Shown piece by piece: positions 1 to 12,600 of a DNA stretch of 64,000 nucleotides. Source of the DNA: Eledone cirrhosa (lineage: Eukaryota). A program made the translations under genes and the position numbers. Location of the stretch: contig OZ024750.1 of NCBI GenBank assembly GCA_964016885.1, positions 31,124,001 through 31,188,000 of the forward strand, written 5' to 3'. Within the stretch, counting starts at the first letter, position 1. Every line of letters begins with the position of its first letter. The notes under the pieces were generated by a model that saw only the letters and a program-made list of their open reading frames with translations, did not search any database and was not told the DNA's origin.

Positions 1-21
1 CTCTCTCAGAAGAGATAAACC

Positions 22-33
22 TAGTGTACACTA
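22..33. other. 12-bp perfect palindrome TAGTGTACACTA, present in nearly every monomer (first copy given)
   Basis: TAGTGTACACTA is its own reverse complement (monomer positions 22-33). The C21T variant (e.g. 921) extends it to the 14-bp TTAGTGTACACTAA. Function unknown. Confidence 0.95.
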
Positions 34-1399
34 ACATAACATGTAGAAACCTCTCCCAGAATAGATAAACCTAGTGTACACTAACATAACATGTAGAAAC
101 CTCTCCCAGAAGAGATAAACCTAGTGTACACTAACATAACATGTACAGACCTCTCTCAGAAGAGATAAACCTAGTGTACACTAAAATAAGATGTACAGAC
201 CTCTCTCAGAAGAGATAGACCTAGTGTACACTAACATAACATGTACAGACCTCTCTCAGAAGAGATAGACCTAGTGTACACTAACATAACATGTAGAAAC
301 CTCTCTCAGAAGGGATAGACCTAGCGTACACTAACATAACATGTAGAAACCTCTCTCAGAAGGGATAGACCTAGTGTACACTAACATAACATGTAGAAAC
401 CTCTCCCAGAAGGGATAGACCTAGTGTACACTAACATAACATGTAGAAACCTCTCTCAGAAGGGATAGACCTAGTGTACACTAACATAACATGTAGAAAC
501 CTCTCTCAGAAGGGATAGACCTAGTGTACACTAACATAACATGTAGAAACCTCTCTCAGAAGGGATAGACCTAGTGTACACTAACATAACATGTAGAAAC
601 CTCTCTCAGAAGGGATAGACCTAGTGTACACTAACATAACATGTAGAAACCTCTCCCAGAAGAGATAGACCTAGTGTACACTAACATAACATGTAGAAAC
701 CTCTCTCAGAAGGGATAGACCTAGTGTACACTAACATAACATGTAGAAACCTCTCTCAGAAGGGATAAACCTAGTGTACACTAACATAACATGTAGAAAC
801 CTCTCCCAGAAGAGATAGACCTAGTGTACACTAACATAACATGTACAGACCTCTCTCGGAAGAGATAGACCTAGTGTACACTAACATAACATGTACAGAC
901 CTCTCTCAGAAGAGATAGACTTAGTGTACACTAACATAACATGTAGAAACCTCTCTCAGAAGAGATAGACCTAGTGTACACTAACATAACATGTACAGAC
1001 CTCTCTCAGAAGAGATAGACCTAGTGTACACTAACATAACATGTAGAAACCTCTCTCAGAAGAGATAGACCGAGTGTACACTAACATAACATGTAGAAAC
1101 CTCTCCCAGAAGAGATAGACCTAGTGTACACTAACATAACATGTAGAAACCTCTCTCAGAAGGGATAGACCTAGTGTACACTAACATAACATGTAGAAAC
1201 CTCTCTCAGAAGAGATAGACCTAGTGTACACTAACATAACATGTAGAAACCTCTCTCAGAAGGGATAGACCTAGTGTACACTAACATAACATGTAGAAAC
1301 CTCTCTCAGAAGAGATAGACCTAGTGTACACTAACATAACATGTAGAAACCTCTCTCAGAAGAGATAGACCTAGTGTACACTAACATAACATGTAGAAA

Positions 1400-4300
1400 C
1401 CACTCTCAGAAGAGATAAACCTAGTGTACACTAACATAACATGTAGAAACCTCTCTCAGAAGAGATAGACCGAGTGTACACTAACATAACATGTAGAAAC
1501 CTCTCCCAGAAGAGATAGACCTAGTGTACACTAACATAACATGTAGAAACCTCTCTCAGAAGAGATAGACCTAGTGTACCCTAACATAACATGTAGAAAC
1601 CTCTCTCAGAAGAGAAAGACCTAGTGTACACTAACATAACATGTAGAAACCTCTCTCAGAAGAGATAAACCTAGTGTACACTAACATAACATGTAGAAAC
1701 CTCTCCCAGAAGAGAAAGACCTAGTGTACACTAACATAACATGTAGAAACCTCTCTCAGAAGAGATAGACCTAGTGTACACTAACATAACATGTAGAAAC
1801 CTCTCTCAGAAGAGATAAACCTAGTGTACACTAACATAACATGTACAGACCTCTCCCAGAAGAGATAGACCTAGTGTACACTAACATAACATGTAGAAAC
1901 CGCTCTCAGAAGAGATAGACCTAGTGTACACTAACATAACATGTAGAAACCTCTCCCAGAAGAGATAGACCTAGTGTACACTAACATAACATGTAGAAAC
2001 CTCTCCCAGAAGAGATAGACCTAGTGTACACTAACATAACATGTAGAAACCTCTCTCAGAAGAGATAGACCTAGTGTACACTAACATAACATGTAGAAAC
2101 CTCTCCCAGAAGAGATAGACCTAGTGTACACGATCATAACATGTACAGACCTCTCCCAGAAGAGATAGACCTAGTGTACACTAACATAACATGTACAGAC
2201 GTCTCCCAGAAGAGATAGACCTAGTGTACACTAACATAACATGTAGAAACCTCTCTCAGAAGGGATAGACCTAGTGTACACTAACATAACATGTAGAAAC
2301 CTCTCTCAGAAGGGATAGACCTAGTGTACACTAACATAACATGTAGAAACCTCTCTCAGAAGGGATAGACCTAGTGTACACTAACATAACATGTAGAAAC
2401 CTCTCTCAGAAGGGATAGACCTAGTGTACACTAACATAACATGTAGAAACCTCTCTCAGAAGGGATAGACCTAGTGTACACTAACATAACATGTAGAAAC
2501 CTCTCCCAGAAGAGATAGACCTAGTGTACACTAACATAACATGTAGAAACCTCTCTCAGAAGGGATAGACCTAGGGTACACTAACATAACATGTAGAAAC
2601 CTCTCACAGAAGGGATAGACCTAGTGTACACTAACATAACATGTCGAAACCTCTCACAGAAGAGATAGACCTAGTGTACACTAACATAACATGTACAGAC
2701 CTCTCTCAGAAGAGATAGACCTAGTTTACACTAACATAACATGTACAGACCTCTCCCAGAAGAGATAGACTTAGTGTACACTAACATAACATGTAGAAAC
2801 CTCTCCCAGAAGAGATAGACCTAGTGTACACTAACATAACATGTACAGACCTCTCTCAGAAGAGATAGACTTAGTGTACACTAACATAACATGTAGAAAC
2901 CTCTCTCAGAAGAGATAGACCTAGTGTACACTAACATAACATGTACAGACTCTCTCAGAAGAGATAGACCTAGTGTACACTAACATAACATGTAGAAACC
3001 TCTCTCAGAAGAGATAAACCTAGTGTACACTAACATAACATGTAGAAACCTCTCTCAGAAGAGATAGACCGAGTGTACACTAACATAACATGTAGAAACC
3101 TCTCCCAGATGAGATAGACCTAGTGTACACTAACATAACATGTAGAAACCTCTCTCAGAAGAGATAGACCTAGTGTACACTAACATTACATGTAGAAACC
3201 TCTCCCAGAAGAGATAGACCTAGTGTACACTAACATAACATGTACAGACCTCTCCCAGAAGAGATAGACCTAGTGTACACTAACATAACATGTACAGACG
3301 TCTCCCAGAAGAGAGAGACCTAGTGTACACTAACATAACATGTAGAAACCTCTCTCAGAAGAGATAAACCTAGTGTACACTAACATAACATGTACAGACC
3401 TCTCTCAGAAGAGATAGACCTAGTGTACACTAACATAACATGTAGAAACCTCTCTCAGAAGAGATAGACCTAGTGTACACTAACATAACATGTAGAAACC
3501 TCTCTCAGAAGAGATAAACCTAGTGTACACTAACATAACATGTTGAAACCTCTCTCAGAAGAGATAAACCTAGTGTACACTAACATAACATGTACAGACC
3601 TCTCTCAGAAGAGATAGACCTAGTGTACACTAACATAACATGTAGAAACCTCTCTCAGAAGAGATAGACCTAGTATACACTAACATAAGATGTACAGACC
3701 TCTCCCAGAAGAGATAGACCTAGTGTACACTAACATAACATGTAGAAACCTCTCCCAGAAGAGATAGACCTAGTGTACACTAACATAACATGTAGAAACC
3801 TCTCCCAGAAGAGATAAACCTAGTGTACACTAACATAACATGTACAGACCCCTCTCAGAAGAGATAGACCTAGTGTACACTAACATAACACGTAGAAACC
3901 TCTCCCAGAAGAGATAGACCTAGTGTACACTAACATAACATGTACAGACCTCTCCCAGAAGAGATAGACCTAGTGTACACTAACATAACATGTACAGACC
4001 TCTCTCAGAAGGGATAGACCTAGTGTACACTAACATAACATGTAGAAACCTCTCCCAGAAGAGATAAACCTAGTGTACACTAACATAACATGTACAGACC
4101 TCTCTCAGAAGAGATAGACCTAGTGTACACTAACATAACATGTAGAAACCTCTCCCAGAAGAGATAGACCTAGTGTACACTAACATAACATGTAGAAACC
4201 TCTCTCAGAAGAGATAGACCTAGTGTACACTAACATAACATGTACAGACCTCTCCCAGAAGAGATAGACCTAGTGTACACTAAAATAATATGTACAGACC

Positions 4301-7300
4301 TCTCTCAGAAGAGATAGACATAGTGTACACTAACATAACATGTAGAAACCTCTCCCAGAAGAGATAGACCTAGTGTACACTAACATAAGATGTACAGACC
4401 TCTCCCAGAAGAGATAGACCTAGTGTACACTAACATAACATGTAGAAACCTCTCCCAGAAGAGATAGACCTAGTGTACAATAACATAAGATGTACAGACC
4501 TCTCTCAGAAGAGATAGAAATCGTGTACACTAACATAACATGTAGAAACCTCTCCCAGAAGAGATAGACCTAGTGTACACTAACATAACATGTACAGACC
4601 TCTCCCAGAAGAGATAGACCTAGTGTACACTAAAATAAGATGTACAGACCTCTCTCAGAAGAGATAGACCTAGTGTACACTAACATAACATGTACAGACC
4701 TCTCTCAGAAGAGATAGACCTAGTGTACACTAACATAACATGTACAGACCTCTCTCAGAAGAGATAGACCTAGTGTACACTAACATAACATGTACAGACC
4801 TCTCTCAGAAGAGATAGACCTAGTCTACACTAACATAGCATGTACAGACCTCTCTCAGAAGAGATAGACCTAGTCTACACTAACATAAGATGTACAGACC
4901 TCTCTCAGAAGAGATAAACCTAGTGTACACTAACATAACATATACAGACCTCTCTCAGAAGAGATAGACCTAGTGTACACTAACATAACATGTGGAAACC
5001 TCTCCCAGAAGAGATAAACCTAGTGTACACTAACATAACATGTACAGACCTCTCTCAGAAGAGATAAACCTAGTGTACACTAACATAACATGTAGAAACC
5101 TCTCCCAGAATAGATAAACCTAGTGTACACTAACATAACATGTAGAAACCTCTCTCAGAAGAGATAAACCTAGTGTACACTAACATAACATGTACAGACC
5201 TCTCTCAGAAGAGATAGACCTAGTGTACACTAACATAACATGTACAGACCTCTCTCAGAAGAGATAGACTTAGTGTACACTAACATAACACGTAGAAACC
5301 TCTCTCAGAAGAGATAGACCTAGTGTACACTAACATAACATGTACAGACCTCTCCCAGAAGAGATAGACCTAGTGTACACTAACATAACATGTAGAAACC
5401 TCTCCCAGAAGAGATAGACCTAGTGTACACTAACATAACATGTACAGACCTCTCCCAGAAGAGATAGACCTAGTGTACACTAACATAATATGTAGAAACC
5501 TCTCCCAGAAGAGATAGACCTAGTGTACACTAACATAACATGTAGAAACCTCTCTCAGAAGGGATAGACCTAGTGTACACTAACATAACATGTAGAAACC
5601 TCTCTCAGAAGAGATAGACCTAGTGTACACTAACATAACATGTAGAAACCTCTCTCAGAAGGGATAGACCTAGTGTACACTAACATAACATGTAGAAACC
5701 TCTCTCAGAAGAGATAGACCTAGTGTACACTAACATAACATGTACAAACCTCTCTCAGAAGAGATAGACCTAGTGTACACTAACATAACATGTAGAAACC
5801 TCTCTCAGAAGAGATAAACCTAGTGTACACTAACATAACATGTAGAAACCTCTCTCAGAAGAGATAGACCGAGTGTACACTAACATAACATGTAGAAACC
5901 TCTCCCAGAAGAGATAGACCTAGTGTACACTAACATAACATGTAGAAACCTCTCTCAGAAGAGATAGACCTAGTGTACACTAACATAACATGTAGAAACC
6001 TCTCCCAGAAGAGAAAGACCTAGTGTACACTAACATAACATGTAGAAACCTCTCAGAAGAGATAAACCTAGTGTACACTAACATAACATGTAGAAACCTC
6101 TCGCAGAAGAGAAAGACCTAGTGTACACTAACATAACATGTAGAAACCTCTCTCAGAAGAGATAGACCTAGTGTACACTAACATAACATGTAGAAACCTC
6201 TCTCAGAAGAGATAAACCTAGTGTACACTAACATAACATGTACAGACCTCTCCCAGAAGAGATAGACCTAGTGTACACTAACATAACATGTAGAAACCGC
6301 TCTCAGAAGAGATAGACCTAGTGTACACTAACATAACATGTAGAAACCTCTCCCAGAAGAGATAGACCTAGTGTACACTAACATAACATGTAGAAACCTC
6401 TCCCAGAAGAGATAGACCTAGTGTACACTAACATAACATGTAGAAACCTCTCTCAGAAGAGATAGACCTAGTGTACACTAACATAACATGTAGAAACCTC
6501 TCCCAGAAGAGATAGACCTAGTGTACACTAACATAACATGTACAGACGTCTCCCAGAAGAGATAGACCTAGTGTACACTAACATAACATGTAGAAACCTC
6601 TCTCAGAAGGGATAGACCTAGTGTACACTAACATAACATGTAGAAACCTCTCTCAGAAAAGATAGACCTAGTGTACACTAACATAACAGGTAGAAACCTC
6701 TCTCAGAAGGGATAGACCTAGTGTACACTAACATAACATGTAGAAACCTCTCTCAGAAGGGATAGACCTAGTGTACACTAACATAACATGTAGAAACCTC
6801 TCTCAGAAGGGATAGACCTAGTGTACACTAACATAACATGTAGAAACCTCTCCCAGAAGAGATAGACCTAGTGTACACTAACATAACATGTAGAAACCTC
6901 TCTCAGAAGGGATAGACCTAGGGTACACTAACATAACATGTAGAAACCTCTCACAGAAGGGATAGACCTAGTGTACACTAACATAACATGTAGAAACCTC
7001 TCCCAGAAGAGATAGACCTAGTGTACACTAACATAACATGTACAGACCTCTCTCAGAAGAGATAGACCTAGTGTACACTAACATAACATGTACAGACCTC
7101 TCCCAGAAGAGATAGACCTAGTGTACACTAACATAACATGTAGAAACCTCTCCCAGAAGAGATAGACCTAGTGTACACTAACATAACATGTACAGACCTC
7201 TCTCAGAAGAGATAGACTTAGTGTACACTAACATAACATGTAGAAACCTCTCTCAGAAGAGATAGACCTAGTGTACACTAACATAACATGTACAGACTCT

Positions 7301-9700
7301 CTCAGAAGAGATAGACCTAGTGTACACTAACATAACATGTAGAAACCTCTCCCAGAAGAGATATACCTAGTGTACACTAACATAACATGTAGAAACCTCT
7401 CTCAGAAGAGATAGACCTAGTGTACACTAACATAACATGTAGAAACCTCTCTCAGAAGAGAAAGACCTAGTGTACACTACCATAACATGTAGAAACCTCT
7501 CTCAGAAGAGATAAACCTAGTGTACACTAACATAACATGTAGAAACCTCTCCCAGAAGAGAAAGACCTAGTGTACACTAACATAACATGTAGAAACCTCT
7601 CTCAGAAGAGATAGACCTAGTGTACACTAACATAACATGTAGAAACCTCTCTCAGAAGAGATAGACCTAGTGTACACTAACATAACATGTAGAAACCTCT
7701 CTCAGAAGAGATAAACCTAATGTACACTAACATAACATGTACAGACCTCTCCCAGAAGAGATAGACATAGTGTACACTAACATAACATGTAGAAACCTCT
7801 CTCAGAAGAGATAGACCTAGTGTACACTAACATAACATGTAGAAACCTCTCCCAGAAGAGATAGACCTAGTGTACACTAACATAACATGTAGAAACCTCT
7901 CCCAGAAGAGATAGACCTAGTGTACACTAACATAACATGTAGAAACCTCTCTCAGAAGAGATAGACCTAGTGTACACTAACATAACATGTAGAAACCTCT
8001 CCCAGAAGAGATAGACCTAGTGTACACTAACATAACATGTACAGACCTCTCCCAGAAGAGATAGACCTAGTGTACACTAACATAACATGTACAGACGTCT
8101 CCCAGAAGAGATAGACCTAGTGTACACTAACATAACATGTACAGACCTCTCTCAGAAGAGATAGACCTAGTGTACACTAACATAACATGTAGAAACCTCT
8201 CTCAGAAGAGATAGACCTAGTGTACACTAACATAACATGTAGAAACCTCTCTCAGAAGAGATAAACCTAGTGTACACTAACATGACATGTAGAAACCTCT
8301 CTCAGAAGAGATAAACCTAGTGTACACTAACATAACATATACAGACCTCTCTCAGAAGAGATAGACCTAGTGTACACTAACATAATATGTAGAAACCTCT
8401 CTCAGAAGAGATAGACCTAGTGTACACTAACATAACATGTAGAAACCTCTCTCAGAAGAGATAAACCTAGTGTACACTAACATAACATGTACAGACCTCT
8501 CCCAGAAGAGATAGACCTAGTGTACACTAACATAACATGTACAGACCTCTCTCAGAAGGGATAGACCTAGTGTACACTAACATAACATGTAGAAACCTCT
8601 CCCTGAAGAGATAAACCTAGTGTACACTAACATAACATGTACAGACCTCTCTCAGAAGAGATAGACCTAGTGTACACTAACATAACATGTAGAAACCTCT
8701 CCCAGAAGAGATAGACCTAGTGTACACTAACATAACATGTAGAAACCTCTCTCAGAAGAGATAGACCTAGTGTACACTAACATAACATGTACAGACCTCT
8801 CCCAGAAGAGATAGACCTAGTGTACACTAAAATAATATGTACAGACCTCTCTCAGAAGAGATAGACCTAGTGTACACTAACATAACATGTAGAAACCTCT
8901 CCCAGAAGAGATAGACCTAGTGTACACTAACATAAGATGTACAGACCTCTCCCAGAAGAGATAGACCTAGTGTACACTAACATAACATGTAGAAACCTCT
9001 CCCAGAAGAGATAGACCTAGTGTACAATAACATAAGATGTACAGACCTCTCTCAGAAGAGATAGACCTCGTGTACACTAACATAACATGTAGAAACCTCT
9101 CCCAGAAGAGATAGACCTAGTGTACACTAACATAACATGTACAGACCTCTCCCAGAAGAGATAGACCTAGTGTACACTAAAATAAGATGTACAGACCTCT
9201 CTCAGAAGAGATAGACCTAGTGTACACTAACATAACATGTACAGACCTCTCTCAGAAGAGATAGACCTAGTGTACACTAACATAACATGTACAGACCTCT
9301 CTCAGAAGAGATAGACCTAGTGTACACTAACATAACATGTACAGACCTCTCTCAGAAGAGATAGACCTAGTCTACACTAACATAAGATGTACAGACCTCT
9401 CTCAGAAGAGATAAACCTAGTGTACACTAACATAACATATACAGACCTCTCTCAGAAGAGATAGACCTAGTGTACACTAACATAACATGTAGAAACCTCT
9501 CCCAGAAGAGATAAACCTAGTGTACACTAACATAACATGTACAGACCTCTCTCAGAAGAGATAAACCTAGTGTACACTAACATAACATGTAGAAACCTCT
9601 CCCAGAATAGATAAACCTAGTGTACACTAACATAACATGTAGAAACCTCTCCCAGAAGAGATAAACCTAGTGTACACTAACATAACATGTACAGACCTCT
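1400..9700. repeat. Diverged higher-order block duplication, offset about 4.35-4.55 kb
   Basis: Shared rare variants: CGCTCTC 1901/6298 (offset 4397), CTAGGGTACA 2571/6918 (4347), 1-bp deletion ACAGACTCT 2945/7292 (4347), TAAAATAATA 4281/8828 (4547). Confidence 0.8.
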
Positions 9701-9849
9701 CTCAGAAGAGATAAACCTAGTGTACACTAAAATAAGATGTACGGACCTCTCTCAGAAGAGATAGACCTAGTGTACACTAACATAACATGTACAGACCTCT
9801 CTCAGAAGAGATAGACCTAGTGTACACTAACATAACATGTAGAAACCTC

Positions 9850-12600
9850 TCTCAGAAGGGATAGACCTAGTGTACACTAACATAACATGTAGAAACCTCT
9901 CTCAGAAGGGATAGACCTAGTGTACACTAACATAACATGTAGAAACCTCTCCCAGAAGGGATAGACCTAGTGTACACTAACATAACATGTAGAAACCTCT
10001 CTCAGAAGGGATAGACCTAGTGTACACTAACATAACATGTAGAAACCTCTCTCAGAAGGGATAGACCTAGTGTACACTAACATAACATGTAGAAACCTCT
10101 CCCAGAAGGGATAGACCTAGTGTACACTAACATAACATGTAGAAACCTCTCTCAGAAGGGATAGACCAAGGGTACACTAACATAACATGTAGAAACCTCT
10201 CTCAGAAGGGATAGACCTAGTGTACACTAACATAACATGTAGAAACCTCTCCCAGAAGAGATAGACCTAGTGTACACTAACATAACATGTACAGACCTCT
10301 CTCAGAAGAGATAGACCTAGTGTACACTAACATAACATGTACAGACCTCTCCCAGAAGAGATAGACCTAGTGTACACTAACATAACATGTAGAAACCTCT
10401 CCCAGAAGAGATAGACCTAGTGTACACTAACATAACATGTACAGACCTCTCTCAGAAGAGATAGACTTAGTGTACACTAACATAACATGTAGAAACCTCT
10501 CTCAGAAGAGATAGACCTAGTGTACACTAACATAACATGTACAGACCTCTCTCAGAAGAGATAGACCTAGTGTACACTAACATAACATGTAGAAACCTCT
10601 CCCAGAAGAGATAGACCTAGTGTACACTAACATAACATGTACAGACCTCTCCCAGAAGAGATAGACCTAGTGTACACTAACATAACATGTAGAAACCTCT
10701 CCCAGAAGAGATAGACCTAGTGTACACTAACATAACATGTAGAAACCTCTCTCAGAAGGGATAGACCTAGTGTACACTAACATAACATGTAGAAACCTCT
10801 CTCAGAAGAGATAGACCTAGTGTACACTAACATAACATGTAGAAACCTCTCTCAGAAGGGATAGACCTAGTGTACACTAACATAACATGTAGAAACCTCT
10901 CTCAGAAGAGATAGACCTAGTGTACACTAACATAACATGTAGAAACCTCTCTCAGAAGAGATAGACCTAGTGTACACTAACATAACATGTAGAAACCTCT
11001 CTCAGAAGAGATAAACCTAGTGTACGCTAACATAACATGTAGAAACCTCTCTCAGAAAAGATAGACCGAGTGTACACTAACATAACATGTAGAAACCTCT
11101 CCCAGAAGAGATAGACCTAGTGTACACTAACATAACATGTAGAAACCTCTCTCAGAAGAGATAGACCTAGTGTACACTAACATAACATGTAGAAACCTCT
11201 CTCAGAAGGGATAGACCTAGTGTACACTAACATAACATGTAGAAACCTCTCTCAGAAGGGATAGACCTAGTGTACACTAACATAACATGTAGAAACCTCT
11301 CCCAGAAGGGATAGACCTAGTGTACACTAACATAACATGTAGAAACCTCTCTCAGAAGGGATAGACCTAGTGTACACTAACATAACATGTAGAAACCTCT
11401 CTCAGAAGGGATAGACCTAGTGTACACTAACATAACATGTAGAAACCTCTCTCAGAAGGGATAGACCTAGTGTACACTAACATAACATGTAGAAACCTCT
11501 CTCAGAAGGGATAGACCTAGTGTACACTAACATAACATGTAGAAACCTCTCCCAGAAGAGATAGACCTAGTGTACACTAACATAACATGTAGAAACCTCT
11601 CTCAGAAGGGATAGACCTAGGGTACACTAACATAACATGTAGAAACCTCTCTCAGAAGGGATAGACCTAGTGTACACTAACATAACATGTAGAAACCTCT
11701 CCCAGAAGAGATAGACCTAGTGTACACTAACATAACATGTACAGACCTCTCTCAGAAGAGATAGACCTAGTGTACACTAACATAACATGTACAGACCTCT
11801 CCCAGAAGAGATAGACCTAGTGTACACTAACATAACATGTAGAAACCTCTCCCAGAAGAGATAGACCTAGTGTACACTAACATAACATGTACAGACCTCT
11901 CTCAGAAGAGATAGACTTAGTGTACACTAACATAACATGTAGAAACCTCTCTCAGAAGAGATAGACCTAGTGTACACTAACATAACATGTACAGACCTCT
12001 CTCAGAAGAGATAGACCTAGTGTACACTAACATAACATGTAGAAACCTCTCCCAGAAGAGATAGACCTAGTGTACACTAACATAACATGTACAGACCTCT
12101 CCCAGAAGAGATAGACCTAGTGTACACTAACATAACATGTAGAAACCTCTCCCAGAAGAGATAGACCTAGTGTACACTAACATAACATGTAGAAACCTCT
12201 CTCAGAAGGGATAGACCTAGTGTACACTAACATAACATGTAGAAACCTCTCTCAGAAGAGATAGACCTAGTGTACACTAACATAACATGTAGAAACCTCT
12301 CTCAGAAGGGATAGACCTAGTGTACACTAACATAACATGTAGAAACCTCTCTCAGAAGAGATAGACCTAGTGTACACTAACATAACATGTAGAAACCTCT
12401 CTCAGAAGAGATAGACCTAGTGTACACTAACATAACATGTAGAAACCTCTCTCAGAAGAGATAAACCTAGTGTACGCTAACATAACATGTAGAAACCTCT
12501 CTCAGAAAAGATAGACCGAGTGTACACTAACATAACATGTAGAAACCTCTCCCAGAAGAGATAGACCTAGTGTACACTAACATAACATGTAGAAACCTCT
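9850..12600. repeat. Tandem duplication of a 29-monomer (1,450-bp) block
   Basis: TGTACGCTAA followed by CAGAAAAGATAGACCGAG at 11021 and 12471; GGTACACTAA at 10171 and 11621; GACTTAG monomers at 10461 and 11911. Confidence 0.85.

Noticed and set aside
25-47. Steroid-receptor or p53 response elements (TGTACA, ACATGT)
   Set aside because: Spacing and flanks do not fit AGAACAnnnTGTTCT or RRRCWWGYYY, and such short matches are uninformative.
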